Assembly (NCBI GenBank): GCA_964188305.1 | Contig: OZ076895.1 | DNA: 64,000 nucleotides | Strand: one strand, 5' to 3' | DNA from: Podarcis bocagei | Lineage: Eukaryota | Part shown: piece by piece, positions 31,919 through 46,900 of the stretch | How positions within the stretch are numbered: the stretch's first letter is position 1 | Layout: every line of letters begins with the position of its first letter | Notes under the pieces: generated by a model | Databases searched by the model: none | What the model was told of the DNA's origin: nothing | Seen by the model: the letters and a program-made list of their open reading frames with translations, nothing else | Position numbers and translations under genes: made by a program

Positions 31919-34900
31919 GTGAGTGCGCGCGGGGAGGGGAAGGAAGGCGCGCTCGGCCTGCGCTGCGGCCGAGGCGCCGCCACCGCCGCCGCCCGTAGAT
32001 GCCCCCTTGCCGCGGGGAAAGAGGGTCTGTCGCCACCCCTTCACCGCGAAGTGCCCCTGGAGGACAGGATAAGCCTGGCAGGATGGGCTGGCAGGTGTCG
32101 CACAAGATGCGTGGCGACAGCCATGGTTGTTTTCAAGCTCCTCAGCCCCCTATGGCTCTCCTCCCTCCTCCCCAAATTCACTGTTCAAGAGAGGGCGAAA
32201 GGTTCCTTAGAGGGATGCGCGCGCTGTAGACTTTTGACAGGATTCCCGTGGGACACCCCTCCCCCCCCCCCCGTGCGGTGCTTCCTCGCGAGCAAGGCCC
32301 GCTATGCAAGCGCTGCTAAGTTCGGGATTGCAGCCCAGTGTGCACAGCTACCTGGGATCCTAAGCATCCTTGAGTTTAGGGGGTGGGGAGGGGGGCTTAT
32401 TTCTGAGTACAGTTACCCAGCCTGTGCCAGCAGAGTGAATTGAGTGAGTGTTACCTGCATATTGGAATTCATTATACTTAAGGTGTGGTCCGGGTCAGGG
32501 CTGGGCAGAAGATAGATATGGTTCTAACTGGTAGGTTCTCTCAGCGATTGGAACAAATCCCAGGTCTCAGAATTCTTTTGTATCTGGCTCTAGTTGGTTG
32601 GGACTTGGGGCTGTAGTAAAAACAACAACAAAGTGGACCCAGCAAGTCTGAAGACCGCCCGTCCCTCATCGCAGTGTCTGGATGCCCCTGATCTGAAGCC
32701 CCTGCCACTATTCATACATTTCACTGAAATCTGAAAGGTGCTGATTTAAGTTCATTCATGTGCCTTACTTGGCCGGTGGTTTTCACATCTATGTAAATTA
32801 TCAGTGTAGCCAGTGGATATGTGGCAAAAGATTGTGTGTAGGTGCCTGGGGCTGGAGAGTGTTAAGGAAAAGGAAGTTATACGGAGGCATCATTTCCCCC
32901 CCTGTAGGTTTGTCATTTTGGAGACAAACACTTTGCAGTGTGAGCTGGATCATGGTGAAGCTTGCCTTAATTTGGTATAGGAGGTGTGTGACAAATAGGA
33001 AGCAGTTTCTGTCTCTTGGTTTCACTTGGTAGTTGCTATCTGTAATGTTTTGAGTTTATAGCTCAGTGTATGATGATGGCATTTGCCATTTACTTACCTC
33101 ACCCATGAGGCAAGATGAGGTGACTGCTTTAGGCGGCAGGATCCACAGGGTCAGCAGATCCCTATGCCAGTCTTCTCCCCATGTTCCTGATGTCCCCCTT
33201 CCTGCCAGGGAAAATCTACATCATTTAGGGGTCCTGCTCAGGTGCCAAAATATATGGGGGCTGGTCCTGACAAAAACCCATTAAAACTTAATTATCCACC
33301 TCATGGAAGAGGAAGAAATTTAAAAATATTCTGTAGCCAGATTCACAGGAATTTACTGTATGTTCAGCAACTATGAAAGCTGCAGAAAGTTCTGATAGTA
33401 CAATTCTTGTTGTCAGAAGATTGTCAGCACCCTTATGCCCTCTGGGTGCTATATCCAGGTCAGAAACTGAACTGGCAAGGACACAGCAAAATGATAGAAG
33501 AATGACCATCTGCTCAAGTATCTTGTCAAGAAAGAGGGGAGTAATAGTGGAGTAGGTAGTTGGTGTGAAGACAGGTTTATTGAGTCAAATGACCATAGTT
33601 TTCCATGAATCATGAACCTACTGTCTGCAATAGTGAGAAGCTAGTGTTCTGCAGGTATTTTTCAGCTGAGTAGTCTAGTACTTCCCTAAAATGTAAATAA
33701 AGGGATGTTATTTAAAAGCTACTGGACACTACAGATTTGCAGAATGTCTGCATCAAAAGTATTCTGCTATTTGTACTATTTACAGCTGCTTAAGAGATAC
33801 AAAAAGTAGAAGTAGCTGTGTTGGCATGTGTGAAAAAAATCCTAAATATTTACCCGCAAAGGATACTGTACTCTTCTTCATTGCAATATGACACTGAGGA
33901 ATAGTAACCATTATTCTAAGTAATACTGCATCCAGGCTTATCAAAATATTAGGTTCCACTTCTCCTGCTTTGCTGTTGTAGTGCACAGTTGGAAGCATAA
34001 GAAGGGGGCACAGTTCAGAGGAGAATACATGCTTTGCATGCAGAAGGTCATTTATTTACTCCCCCAAAGTATTGCTAGGAGAACCCCTTGCCTGAGACCT
34101 TGGAGACTTGCTGCTATTTGGAATAGTGGTTTGAGACAGTATGGCAGTGTTATTTTCAAGTGTCCTGTAGGAAAGTAGGTAACTTTCACCTTAGGAAGCA
34201 CTGCAATTGGAAAATGGACTGCATAGCCCTCAGGTGGTCTCTCATGCTGGTTCTGCCACCTCTTCTGACTGGCAAGGACTTTGTGTGTGTGGAAGCATCC
34301 TGAATATAAAGACTGTTGATTGGAATGTAGCTTCCTGGAATGAGAACCAGATGGAAATGTCTTTGGCCTGTGATTAAGGGTGCTTATTCAGGCATCTCAT
34401 TTGAATTTGACTGTCAATGTATTTGCCTGCTAGGTTTCTACTTTTTATACCTGACGTTTTTTTCCAGCAACGTTCTCGATTTAATGCATACTAAAAATAG
34501 CTGTCTTAAAAGTTGGGGAACTTACTGCAAAGTCCTTCCTGCCCCACCTTTTAAAAGTCAATATGGTTTCTTTTTCCTCTCTATTTTTAGCATGACTCAA
34601 AATAATTAGCCTTTCAACATATTCCTTGTAAGGTTACTTTGTATAGTACCTCACTATTGGGAAACATTTCTCAGTGTTTTAAATTACATGTACCCACTTG
34701 ATTCACCTTTGCACATTTCCGGCACTCCTAACTTCATGTATTTATCCAGATTGGGAAAATATTTTGTTTGCCAGGAAAAAATTGCTTGACTTGAGGTGTA
34801 GCTCTTAAGAATCAGAGTGCTTGAAATAACTATCTGAAAAGAAGTGTGTTAAAGAAAAAAACCCTAGAATTCTTATAACAAGTGGGAAATAGAAACCTGA

Positions 34901-37900
34901 TATTTTCAGTAGCAGATAACATCAGACGTTACTCTTAACATTGCACAATGTGTTCTACAAGCTGCTGAGATCAGGAAAGAATTTGTAAATTATAGGTTAT
35001 TAAACAACAAGGGTGACAAATTGGTTTCATTACTGTTTTCTTGTAAAGCTTTGTATCAGGTATTTAAATTGAGATGGTTTTGGTTGTACAAGACAATTTG
35101 ACCGAAGAAGCAGATTTTTCATTATTGTCTGGTACCATTGTATTCTGTTACAACCAACCCATAATTGTTACTTTTGCCTTGCTTAGGTAGTGTGAGAGTA
35201 GCTTAATGCTTTACACGGCAAACATTGTTGTGTATTTACAAGTGTAATTTACAAGTGTAAATACACAATCTACAAGTGTAAAAACACAATTAGTTGAACA
35301 TATACCGTTGTGTGCATGCTCTTATACATGTCCATGTGGGAACTCTGATTGGGCCAAGATTGCCACGTCTGTGAATCTGGATGTTTAAAGATGCATGTGG
35401 GTATTTTTCTTTCACACTTATGTAACTCTGGTGTACTGGCAGAAACCATATTTGCTACATAAAGTATGAACTGCCCTTTAGTCCTGTTATCTTACTGGCA
35501 AGTTTCTCTCTCCCTTTGCACATAATGCTTCTTGTGCAGCCGTGTTCCAGCAACAACTGTAAGCAATCTGGTTACTGCTTCTGCAAGGCAGTCATGGGCT
35601 GTCTTATCCACACAGTAGCAGTCAGCCTCTGGGGAAACCTTTGAGGAAAGACATGGAAAAACAAGAGGATTCAGAAGAGAGATGTACGAAGAAACCTGTT
35701 CTAGAAAAAAAATCAAATTCCTAGCATACCACTTCACATTTTTAGGTGCTAACCTCTGTTCTTGTAAATTCCTAGATGTTGATAATTGATACTTGTCCTT
35801 TCTTGTGCCCGAGATGCTTTCAACTCTGGTATAGCCCTTGGAAATGAAGAGAGATGTTTAAGAGATAATTGCTGTCCACAGCTTCTCAGGGAAGTGCTGT
35901 TGTTGGCATTTACAGCTGTGTTAGCCTACCAAAGTGACCTGCTGGAGCACAAGCTTGGGCGGTGTGTTTGTGTGTGTGTGTGGGGGGGGGTGTCCTGAGC
36001 TGCCCAGACAACAGGAACCCCCCTTGGCCTCGCTGACGTGGTCCAAAGGAAAGCAGAGCCAGAAATTTGGCATCAGCTTGGCTGCAGGAGTTGCTGGAAG
36101 GAGGCATACAAGGCACCATTCAACTGTCTTAGGGATTCCCCTTTGTGTAGGGTTTACTCCTTAGCCTTTTTGTCTCCCAAAGAATATCCCACAAGGCAGT
36201 GGAGGTTTAGGATCAGAGTTTTCCTTCTCCTAGATGGGCTACCTTCCCAGGTAGATGAGCCCCATCTGCCCCTCACTTCCCTCTACACAGCATGTGCAGA
36301 AACAGCCTTCTTGACTGTTGGACCCACTATTGGTTTTATCTGCTCAATTAAGAAATCAGCTGTATATCCCGTGAAACAGTTTTGCTTGAAATAGTATCAG
36401 AATGTAATACAAACAAGCACATTTAAGAGATAACTCTAGTATATACCCATCTCTCTCATACATAAGTTTAAGCCTGTTTTTTCTATGTAAATAAATGGAA
36501 GGGGGGGGACCTTGACATCATAAATTTGACAGAGCAGGTTGCAATTTATCAGTGTTCAAAATATGAATGCTCACAGCCAGACATGAATGTTTAAACGTGT
36601 CTGTTCTTCCCCCCATTTTTCTTTTATGGTTGGTTCACATGAGATGCCAAACCGTGGTTTGATGTAATATTATGAGCCCAGTGATTGCATAGTCTCGCCT
36701 TGCCTTTTTCTTGTGTGCTGTGCTTTAATGAATTTCTTTAATAGAAAACATTGTTTTCTGTTTCATCCAAACTAGGGCTTGCACAAACCTCTCAAATCAG
36801 GATTGCAAACCAGAATTCAAGCATATACATCTTAATTTGTAGGGCTTGTGCAAACCATAGCTTGCTGGTTTGCACATGATGGAAAACTATTATTTCCACA
36901 AAAGCAAAAGGAAGTCAGTAAAGCAGCATGTGTAGAAGAAGTGGGAGAGTGAGTGTGGTAGCTTATGACAAATATATGCAACACCTGGTTTGGCATTACA
37001 TGGCAACTACCCCAAAGTCCTGACTTTTAAAAAACATAGGATAGTTTGAAATTCAGGATACATTTGACTATCTCTTGGCTATGGTTGTATGTTAAGATTT
37101 CTCTCTCTCTTAGTTTAAAACAAGTATTTCCAGTTGTAAATATTTTGGCTTCCTATCTGTGTCACCAGTCTCTGTTTATCAGCTGTATAGTGGTTTCACA
37201 GTAGTAGTAACAGGAAGAAGTATAGCAGGGGGTTGTGAATAGGTTGATTTCTTTCTAAAAGGGAAGGAGATGTGATGAAATATGAGGAAGTCTCCTATCT
37301 CATTTTGTAGCCCCATTCTGTCCATCAGGAAGGGCAATGGCTCACTAAGGTTACAGGCACACATATTTTCCATGCCAGTAATTTCATGTGGGTCTTTCTA
37401 TGCTAAGCATATGCATGACCCCTGCAATATATACAGTAGCAAAATGTTGTGATTGTTTAATTTTCCAAGGGCCTCAGGGCCAAACTGCACATGTTTAAAT
37501 AAGTGTGTTTCACCTAGCCAATTTTATTGTTGGGGGGGGAGCAGTCATGGCACCCCAATAGGAAATAGGCTATTGACCAGAGCAGGGGCTCATACTGCTG
37601 AAAAACATTACATACTTGGCTTCTTTCATGCATGTGAGGAAGACAACCAAAGGGGTGACAATTTTCAGCAGAAAATCCAAGTGTTTTCTGAATCCCTAAT
37701 CAAATAACATTCCAAAACAAGGGTCCCATGTCTCTCTCCCCCCTCAATAGAAAAAGCCAAATTAAGCATTTAGATACCACGTTATAATTATTGTGTGTAA
37801 TTTTAAAATAATATACCTGCAGCTTTCTTTTTAGACAGGAGGTCCAATATCAAGAGTAGGAGTTCTGGGGTAGGGTTGAAATGTTAGCCATTTATACTAT

Positions 37901-40900
37901 CAACTTCAATGGGGTAACTTTTCAGATTTGTATTCTACTTGTTATTCAAGGGATGCGGGTGGCGCAGTGGTCTAAACCACTGAGCTTCTTGGGCTCGCTG
38001 ATTGAAAAGTCGGTGGTTCGAATCCACATGACAGGGTGAGCTCCCGTTGCTCTGTCCAAGCTCTTGCCAACCTAGCAGTTCAAAAGCACACCAGTGCAAG
38101 TAGATAAATAGGTACTGTTGCAGCAGGAAGGTAAACGCCATTTCCGTGCATTCTGGCTCCTGTCACGGTGTCCTGTTGCGCCAGAAGTGGTTTAGTCCTG
38201 CTGGCCACATGACCCGGAAAGCTGTTTGTGGACAAACACCGGCTCCCTCGGCCAGAAAAGCGATATGAGAGCCGCACCCCATAGTCACCTTTGACTGGAC
38301 TTAACCATCCACGGGTCCTTTACCTTACCTTTTTTACCTTTACCTTCTACTTGTTATAAATGCCAGTTACTGGATATTTCTAAAGTTGGTTGATGAGTTC
38401 CCATTTGCACTTTGCAGAATAGTTCTGACAAATAAAGGGATCATAGGCTGATATCATCATGTCTGCCTCGTGTAGTCAAAAGAAAATGGCTTGGGGATAG
38501 AGAGAGTAGCAACAATTAGGGCTTAATTGTGGCCCAAGGGCTGTGTGGTAGAAATTGTAACCTGTCATATGGCCTCCCTTAGGCACCTGCCTCTGTAGGG
38601 CTTCCATGCCTGGGCTAGTTACATCTCCCAGCAAGGTAGCTTAGTAGCTCTGAGATCATTATGCTATATTTGCTCTTGCTGGAGTTTGAAAAATTGGTTG
38701 GACCAGAAAATCTGTGGCGTTATTTGAACAACATTGTCAATTATATATGATAGACTGGCAGAGACAGTGGCTGTGCTGACTGGGGGTGATCAGAATTGCT
38801 GTCCAAAATATCTGGAGGCTAATGAAGGTTGTTGTAGAGGTTTTTCTTAATGGAGATTGGTTGCATCAGGCATAGGCAAACTCAGCCCTCCAGATGTTTT
38901 GAGACTACAATTTCCATCATCCCTGACCACTGGTCCTGTTAGCTAGGGATGATGGGAGTTGTAGTCCCAAAACATTTGGAGGGCTGAGTTTGCCTATGCC
39001 TGGGTTACATAGTCAGATGGATCTCCGTAAGAGGCATAGGAAGCTGTCAGGGAAGACACAAACTTTTTGTTGATCTCTTCTAGTGATAACTTTTATTTTG
39101 GGAGCGTTTCAACCCATTGCTACTTTCTCCCTGCTGGAATTGCATTCCTGATTGCACCATAGATTATAAATGAGGGTTCATATCTTCACTTTCCTAAACT
39201 TGCACCCTTTTTGTTCTCCAAAAGAATCACTAAAGCATGTGGGTGGGTATATGCGGTCTTGGCTCCCTTTCCTTTCCTTTTATCCCTTCACCTCTCAGCT
39301 GAACTCTGTCAGGTGAATAGTCTTCCCTTGCTTCTTTGTAAGCCTGACCAATATTCCTTGCCTAACAGGTTTCCATATGTATCAAGTCCTGTTTCCCAGT
39401 GCTGATCAATTACTACCCACAATAGCCCAGATCCTGGGAGTGGCTCATTTGCTACTAACTTGGCGGAGCTTGCAGAATAAAGAGGAAACAAAGGAGGTTG
39501 TGGCATGAACAGAACTGCTTATTTGTACTCTGAATGGTTGTTCTTAGTTGCTTCCACAGGCTTCTGGGTTTGATTACTTAGTGACTTCTGCAGTTACAAG
39601 ATCTGCTTTCTAAGCTTCCTACTTGGGAAATTGGCAGGTAGCTTTGTCTAGTTTTTGTGATCTCTGTACAATTAGGGACATTCGATCCACAATTTTTGGC
39701 AGGCTGACCTGCTCCCAATCTGGGAAGAGATCTTTGCACATGTTAAGAATGGTGCCCTCATTAACAGTATGTGGTTGCCAAGATGTGGTGTGGGTACACT
39801 TTGGCTGACATGCCTGTATGTGCTGGGAGAACAGCAGCCTGCTCATAAATTGCACACGTTGTCTGACTCTGTTCTGTTCTAAGGACCTGTTCTCAGCTAC
39901 TTCAATAACATAACAGCAACTGTAATGTTATCCTGGCTACAGCTTTCCTTGAAAGCAACACTTGTCAGCCAAGACAAATGTATCCACCGAAGACTTGTAT
40001 TGTAATGGCAACTTCCACTTCAGCTGATTCAATTGACTATGAAACACAATTAGTATATGGAGCTTGGCAGAAGGACACTCCAGCACCAAGTCACAGTTTA
40101 CTACTTAGTGAATGAATGCAGGTCCTTTAGAAGCAATCTAAAAGTGACAGCATGACAATATCCTTTATTGGGGTCACCTAAACTGTCACCTAAATTGTCC
40201 TATTGCTGCAGTAATAAAACTGCTAGCACATTTGCAAAGCTAAGCAGGGTCCAGTAAGGTTTCAAATTGGATGGGGGATTGCTTGTTGAAATTCCCGCAT
40301 TGCAGGGGGTTGGACTAGATGGCTTCCAGGGTCCCTTCCAACTCTACAGCTCTATGGTTCTAAAAACAAACAAACATAGTAGCAGGTTCCCCCTAATAAA
40401 CAGAACTCTCTGCTGTTAATGAAGTGAACCGTGGCTTCCTCTCTTAAATCTTAGAATGAAATTACCAGCATACTTTGAATGTGCCTTGCTCTAAACTTGC
40501 ACTAGTAATGTCTGAAAGGTTGCACATACATTGTGTGCCATTAGGCCATGTGTACATGTTCTGGGCACTTGTTAAATCTGTAGGAGGGAATGCTAGTAAG
40601 TACATGTAGCCGTTGGCAAAGTTGCAGCTTTATTACTGCTTCCATTCTTAATGTTTTAATGCCACCACTTTGCAGCTGGTAACCGAACGTGCTTACCGAG
40701 TTTCTATCCAGATTGCTGATTTTTGTTTCCTTAGCTAATTTATTTAGCTAATCCACATTTCTGATATGAATGGTAGAACTGGTTATAAATGATAGTGATG
40801 CAAGGAGACGCTGAAGCAGACTCCTCCTGTGGAACCTTTGCAGCCTGATCCTGTGCTTGTTTACTTGGTGCTGTTGTTCAGGATCAAACTGCATGCCGTG

Positions 40901-43900
40901 CAGAAAAAAACATTGCTATCCTATCATCCATTAAGCCTGAGCAAGGCAAGCACATACTCTAACCCAGTTCCGAATCCAGAAGCCTAGGAAAGGTTCTGTC
41001 TGGCACTAAGAGTGAGCAATCCCAGTGGCCATTTCCTCCGAGCAATATAGTCATACCTCGGGTTAAATATGCTTCCGGTTGAGCGTTTTCAGGTTACGCT
41101 CCACAGCGACCCGGAAGTAACAGAACATGTTACTTCCAGGTTTCGCCGCTCGTGCATGCGCAGACGCTCAAAATGACATCACGTGCATGAGCAGAAGCGG
41201 CGAAACGCAACCTGTGCATGCGCAGACGCACAGTCGCGTGTTATGCTCTACTCAGGATGCGAATGGGGCTTCGGAACGGATCCCGTTCACATCCAGAGGT
41301 ACCACTGTAACCATCTTTGCCTGCCCCAGTGGGTGTCTCTATCTCTCCAACTGTATCCAAGTGCCACACTAGTTATCTGCCAAAAGTGACATTCTTTGAA
41401 AAGAGCCAAATGTCATTCAGACACACATGGGTGGGAAAAACCCCGTAAAAGGGTCTGGGGAAATTGTTCCTTTGTCCCTTCCCTTTGGGTCTATCATTCA
41501 CCATCAGAAAATGCTGCAACTAACCACCTATGCTATGTTGGTTTGCAAGTAAGTTCTCTCCCTTCTACTCGTAATTAAAATCTAATTTGGCTGTTGGAGT
41601 CTGAAGTGTGTGTTTGCCGATCTTCAGGTTCGGGTAAACTTGCCTGGCTATAATTCATATGCTGCTAGGGTGAAAGAGTTGGTTTCATGGGGAAAAGAGC
41701 AGCCTATGCCAAATCTAAGGCTGGCAGAATCAGTTTGATACTAGTCCCATTGTCCAGAAGAGATATTGCTGGGAGGCACAGGACACCTTGTCTTAGAATC
41801 CTGGATATTTTCTTGAGCACCCCAGAATTCTGTCCCATCTGGGGGCTGTGACAAGAAGGAGTGGTGGCAGCAGTGATTACTGGATAGTTAAGCTGCAACT
41901 GGCTTACCTTACAAGGCTGTTGTGCAGCAGTTGCACAAGGAAGGGCATAAACAGCCCTCTCCTAGCTTTCCCCTTCTGTTACACATGCTACACAAGGTTG
42001 TCCAACATTCTTATTTTGTATTGAAATCTCAGTTGATCAGCCCTCCTGGGGAGAGCAGATGTTGAGCCCACCCCTAATGCTGTTGTCCCAATAAACACCT
42101 CCCCCCTCCTGCCCCGCAAGCTACCGTCTGCCCATTGAAGGAAAAGAATACAGTTAACCACATTTTTCTTCCCACCATGAAGCAAATAATACCAGGGGTG
42201 TGTGTGTGTTTTATAGCAGAAGGTGGGGTGGGAGGGGGAAAGGGTTCAACTGCTGTGATCAAATTGTAGCAGTGCTCTCCCCATCATGACTGCATTTCAT
42301 TAAAAAAGGAAAATACTGATGTCCTGTGGAGCATGTAGTTTAGTCCTTAGTTCCGTGAGGTTTATTTCCAAATACATATGTGTAAGATCATTACTTAATA
42401 TATCTCTGGCTTATGCTTTATTGAGGCTAAAATACCACTGTTATATGGGCTCTGGCATGTTGACCAAATATTTGTCTTTAAAATATTTATATTTATTGAC
42501 CCTGTCAGGTTCTCAAGGCAGCATACAAGATAACAAAACAAACAATGTTATAAAAGCAGCACACATAGAATGCAAACAACTGAAGAATTCAAATAGCAGC
42601 AAAAACAAGAAATACCACCCAGGCATCAAGAACAAATAACATTATGGGTTGCATACAGTACTAGTCCTACTCAGAGTAGGCTCATGGAAATTAGCATCAA
42701 TGGCTGAGTTCAGTCCATTAGTTTAAGTGGGTCAACTCTGAGTAAAACGTAGCTGAACACAACCCAATATATTTCAAATCTTAATCACTGGGTGGCAAAT
42801 GCTTGACTGAAAGTAAAAGGCAAAAATGTAAATGTAAAAACCACGTGGTAAATGTAGGTTGGAGTGATTGAAGAGTTTCAAAGTATGGGTATGTCACAGC
42901 AGACAAGGCTCTGTTTCAAGTAACCAGCCATGTCACTTATTTAGGGGGAATCCTGAAGTGGGACCTCTGTTCATATAGGACAGGGGTCAGCAAACTTTTT
43001 CAGCAGGGGGCCGGTCCACTGTCCCTCAGACCTTGTGGGGGGCCGGACAATATTTTGAAGGGGGGAAAAAGAACGAATTCCTATGGCCCACAAATAACCC
43101 AGAGATGCATTTTAAATAAAAGGACACATTTTACTCATGTAAAAACACACTGATTCCCAGACCATCCGCAGGCCAGATTTAGAAGGCAATTGGGACGGAT
43201 CCAGCCCTCGGGCCTTAGTTTGCCTACCCATGTTATAGGAGCTTCAAGTACTGTGACCTCAGACTGCCTGAGGCTATAAAGTTTAAAATAAGCACTTTGC
43301 ATTGTGTTTGGATAGTAGCTGGTGGAGGTCTTGGTTATTTGGCATATTTATGCTCTGCCTGCTAACTAAAGCTTAAAGCTATATATTTAAAATACAAAGA
43401 GTTACAATGGAAGAGCAAAGATTTCCTAAGGTTTTGCTTTCAGATGTTCCAGCTGTTACTCTGCTTCTAAATCTCTGGGCTATCTTGGAGGAAATTGGTT
43501 TTTTTAGCAGTCTCATGCAGGGTAGGGCATCCTTATCTGGCCACTTCTGCTGATGTCACTTGTAGTTTTGGCATCTGCTTTTAAGTACTGGATTGAATAT
43601 GATCAAATTTTCAAGCCCAGGTTAACAACCAGACAGCCATGTTTTGAGCCCATTGAAGTTTGCAAGCAATTGTAAAATACAGCCAAACATATAGCTCATT
43701 GCAGTAATAATGGGAATGTGACCAAAGCATTATGGGAAGGTTTGGTTTGGTCAGGAACAGCTGACGCTGGCCGACAACCAAAGCTAACAAAATACGCTTT
43801 GGGCCACAGGCATCATTTGGGTGTCCAGCTATAAGACTCGAAGTAAAAGTATCCCCAAGCCAAGGACCTGATTTATTCAGGAGGGAATTTGTTCCCATCT

Positions 43901-46900
43901 CAAACAGACAAATGTGCATAGTATATATTTTGTTCCTGGGATTACATCTGGTGACGCTTTCATCAGTCTCCTTGGTATCAATAGTCCATCATATCATTTC
44001 ACTGTTTTCCTTTCTTTTTAATTTATATTTTTACAGAGATGCTCCAATTCGTCAGCAACCAAGCTGGAGAATTTCCAGATCTGTTTTCTGAACAGTTGTG
44101 TGGCTCCTTCCAGAGCAACAGCGTATGTAATGGTGGTGGAACCTCGGATCCCTCGTCACAGAGGCCCTACAGCCAGGGGCAGCTACAGACCTTCTCGCCT
44201 AGTGCAGCTTCTCCCCAGCTTCAGACCGTGCAAGTGAAGGTGTCTCAGACAACCGCTGCAACACCTGTTCCACAGCGGACAGCACCTGCTCTTCAGCCTC
44301 GTCCCCAGGTTCAGCCTCAGCTCCAGCAGCAGACTGTGATGATTACTCCAGCTTTCAGCTCTGCTCCCCAGACCCGGTTCATTCAGCAGCCTGTAATATA
44401 CCAAAATGCAGCCACAAGTTTTCAAGGTAACTTGCAAAGTCTTTGTAGTAACAAGTAGTCCTATGTTGTAGGTAGCTCTTAAATGTCTTGCCCTAATCTT
44501 CCAGCAGAGCAAAAGGTATCAGAGCAGCATTTACAGCCACCATTCCTGATTTCATATCTGTGAGAAGTTTCTAGTATTGCTTGAAATGTTTCTAAATCGG
44601 TGCACGTTTTCTAGGATCTCACAGGCAAATTAGAGAAGCTTGGCATTTGGGGTGAAGAAGGGCATTGGAGACCAAGACCAGGGAGTTGGGGAGTGGCCTT
44701 AAATATTGTGCAGTAAAGCATAGTTAGCACTCAAAAGTAACTCTGTGAATGGTATCACTGCAAGTAACATACAATTACACAATACTTCATGCAGCTTTAT
44801 CACTCTAACTCTCCTCAGGTGTTGGAAATAAAGAAAGCTAACATATGGGGGAGGCAGTAGGGGCAAGTGGGCTAGCTCCACCATCAGGGCCCCACTCATA
44901 TTTCAGGGTTCTAAAATAAAGTGGGGGGGGGGGTCTCAATGAATATAAAAGGTCTCTGTGCTTCAGATAGTCACCTGTGAGTTGGAGGTTGACAAACTAT
45001 GAGGAGGTCAAGGGGGAAGTAGGGCTCTTGTCCCCACTGTTTACTTTCCTAGATTTATAACAACTGAAGAAGGCTTATAAATGGTCCCTGTACTCTTCTG
45101 TAAGAGCATGACAGTTTCTCATTCTTGGCTGTCTCTCCAGTATCCGAATCTTCCACTACTTCTGATTGTATAGAATCTACTGTTTTCTAACCTTTTTTAA
45201 TGATGTGTTGGGTTCAGACTTTACATATGTAGAACTCAGCTTGAGGGATGCTTTGTGGTAGTTTTTGCCAGTTCCTCCTTTCCCTTGCAGACCCTTGTGT
45301 CCCATGGAAATATTCTCTGGAGGGTTGGGGGGACCCCTGGTACAGCAGAGGATGGGGGGGGGAGGGGAACTGGCAAATATTGACTCTCCCTTCCTCCCCC
45401 TTTCTCAGCAGTAGCCACAGAAGGGCATGTCTTGATCTAAGTCTATACTGTATGTTTAAAACATCACAAAATAGAATAGAAAAACTTAAACTCCTAGCAG
45501 CTGTAGAAATCTTCAGTGAGAAAATATTCAGTAAGACTTCTGTCTAGTCTCTGTAACAGAATCATCTTTACTAACTTCTCGAAGACCAACACCCTCAGAA
45601 ATGCTCTGACTCTTGTGCCACTCAGCCTTATTTAAAGCAATGCCTGTGCTTTTAGTAGGGGTATGTCTGATCTCCCCAATACATGGGAAAGCTTGTACAA
45701 GAGACATTCTCTGAAACTACCCTTAGAAAAAACAACAACTAGGAAACACATGCTAGGAATATGAGAAGCCCCTCTGAGCCATGTGGACTTGCTCATGGCA
45801 GCATTGTTGGTTTTTTTGGGTTTTTTAAAAAGGGAGATGGTCCAGATAAATGTGACTAGAGCTAGACAATCTTTCTTTATCTGTTTTCCTGACTTCAATA
45901 TTTGCTGCTGGTTTTTAAATTCTTCATAGATTGCTTTGCTGGGTCTAACGCTGCTAGGAAGAGGAATCAGGAGAACCACCCCTCCCCCCAATAGCTGACT
46001 GAACACTGGCCATTCCTGAGAGGTCATGGATTGCATCTTAGCATCGTAATGAAAGCTGTAGTCTTCTGTCAGCATCAGCTCATTCAGGCAGTTTCTCAGA
46101 TTGCTCTTGTTTTCCTTTTAGTGCTGCAACCCCAGGTTCAGAGCCTGGTGACTTCCTCGCAAGTTCAACCAGTCACTATCCAGCAGCAAGTGCAAACGAT
46201 GCAAGCTCAGAGGGTTTTGACACAAACAGCCAACGGCACCATCCAGACACTGACTCCGGCCACAGTCCAGGCAGTAGCTGCCCCTCAAGTCCAGCAGGTT
46301 CCAGTGAGTAGTTTTATGTTGTAATATTATGCGGGAAGGTTTAGTTTTCTGCACTTCCGAGGCATGTATATTTATGCAGGTGGTTTCCTTTCTGTTCAAA
46401 GTCAGGAAGTGGCTTCACTGCTTGGAGACCAAACTATCCTCAGCAGTGAAGTTCCTTAGGCTTAGATCACTGATGGACTGAATTGTAGGATAGCTTAGCC
46501 ATAGAAAAATGGACAGCAGTGGTCCAATATCAGAAGAAGGTCAGTAGAGACTTTGGAGAGGGTTTTTTGTGGGGGAGAGGGAGAGCCAACTTTTCCAAAC
46601 TACTAAATGTAGAGCTCTATATATAGCATATTGGGGTTTAATATTTAGTAACGTGCCAGCTGCAGTATTGTTAAATGGAAGGGAAAATAATCAGAGACAA
46701 TAGAGTATTCCTTGTTTCACTGCTGAAAGCTTTTAGCAGTTGGATACAACACGTTTTAGAACTGCCTTCATAACCACAAAGGGTTAGAACTTGTTCTTCG
46801 TACAGAAGGATCAAATTGTCTTCAATGGCAGTCAGACTCCATACTGACAGCACAGTTCTTACTATATTGAGGGTCTTCCATACACCCAACAGGTTGGCTC

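Larger units (their letters stand above)
31280..32330 (+). promoter_or_regulatory. SREBF2 CpG island / promoter
   Basis: Very high GC and CpG around exon 1. Confidence 0.85.

Noticed and set aside
31514-32443. Long ORFs (174-186 aa) on both strands around SREBF2 exon 1
   Set aside because: Stop-codon depletion in a CpG island; low-complexity Arg/Pro/Ala translations.
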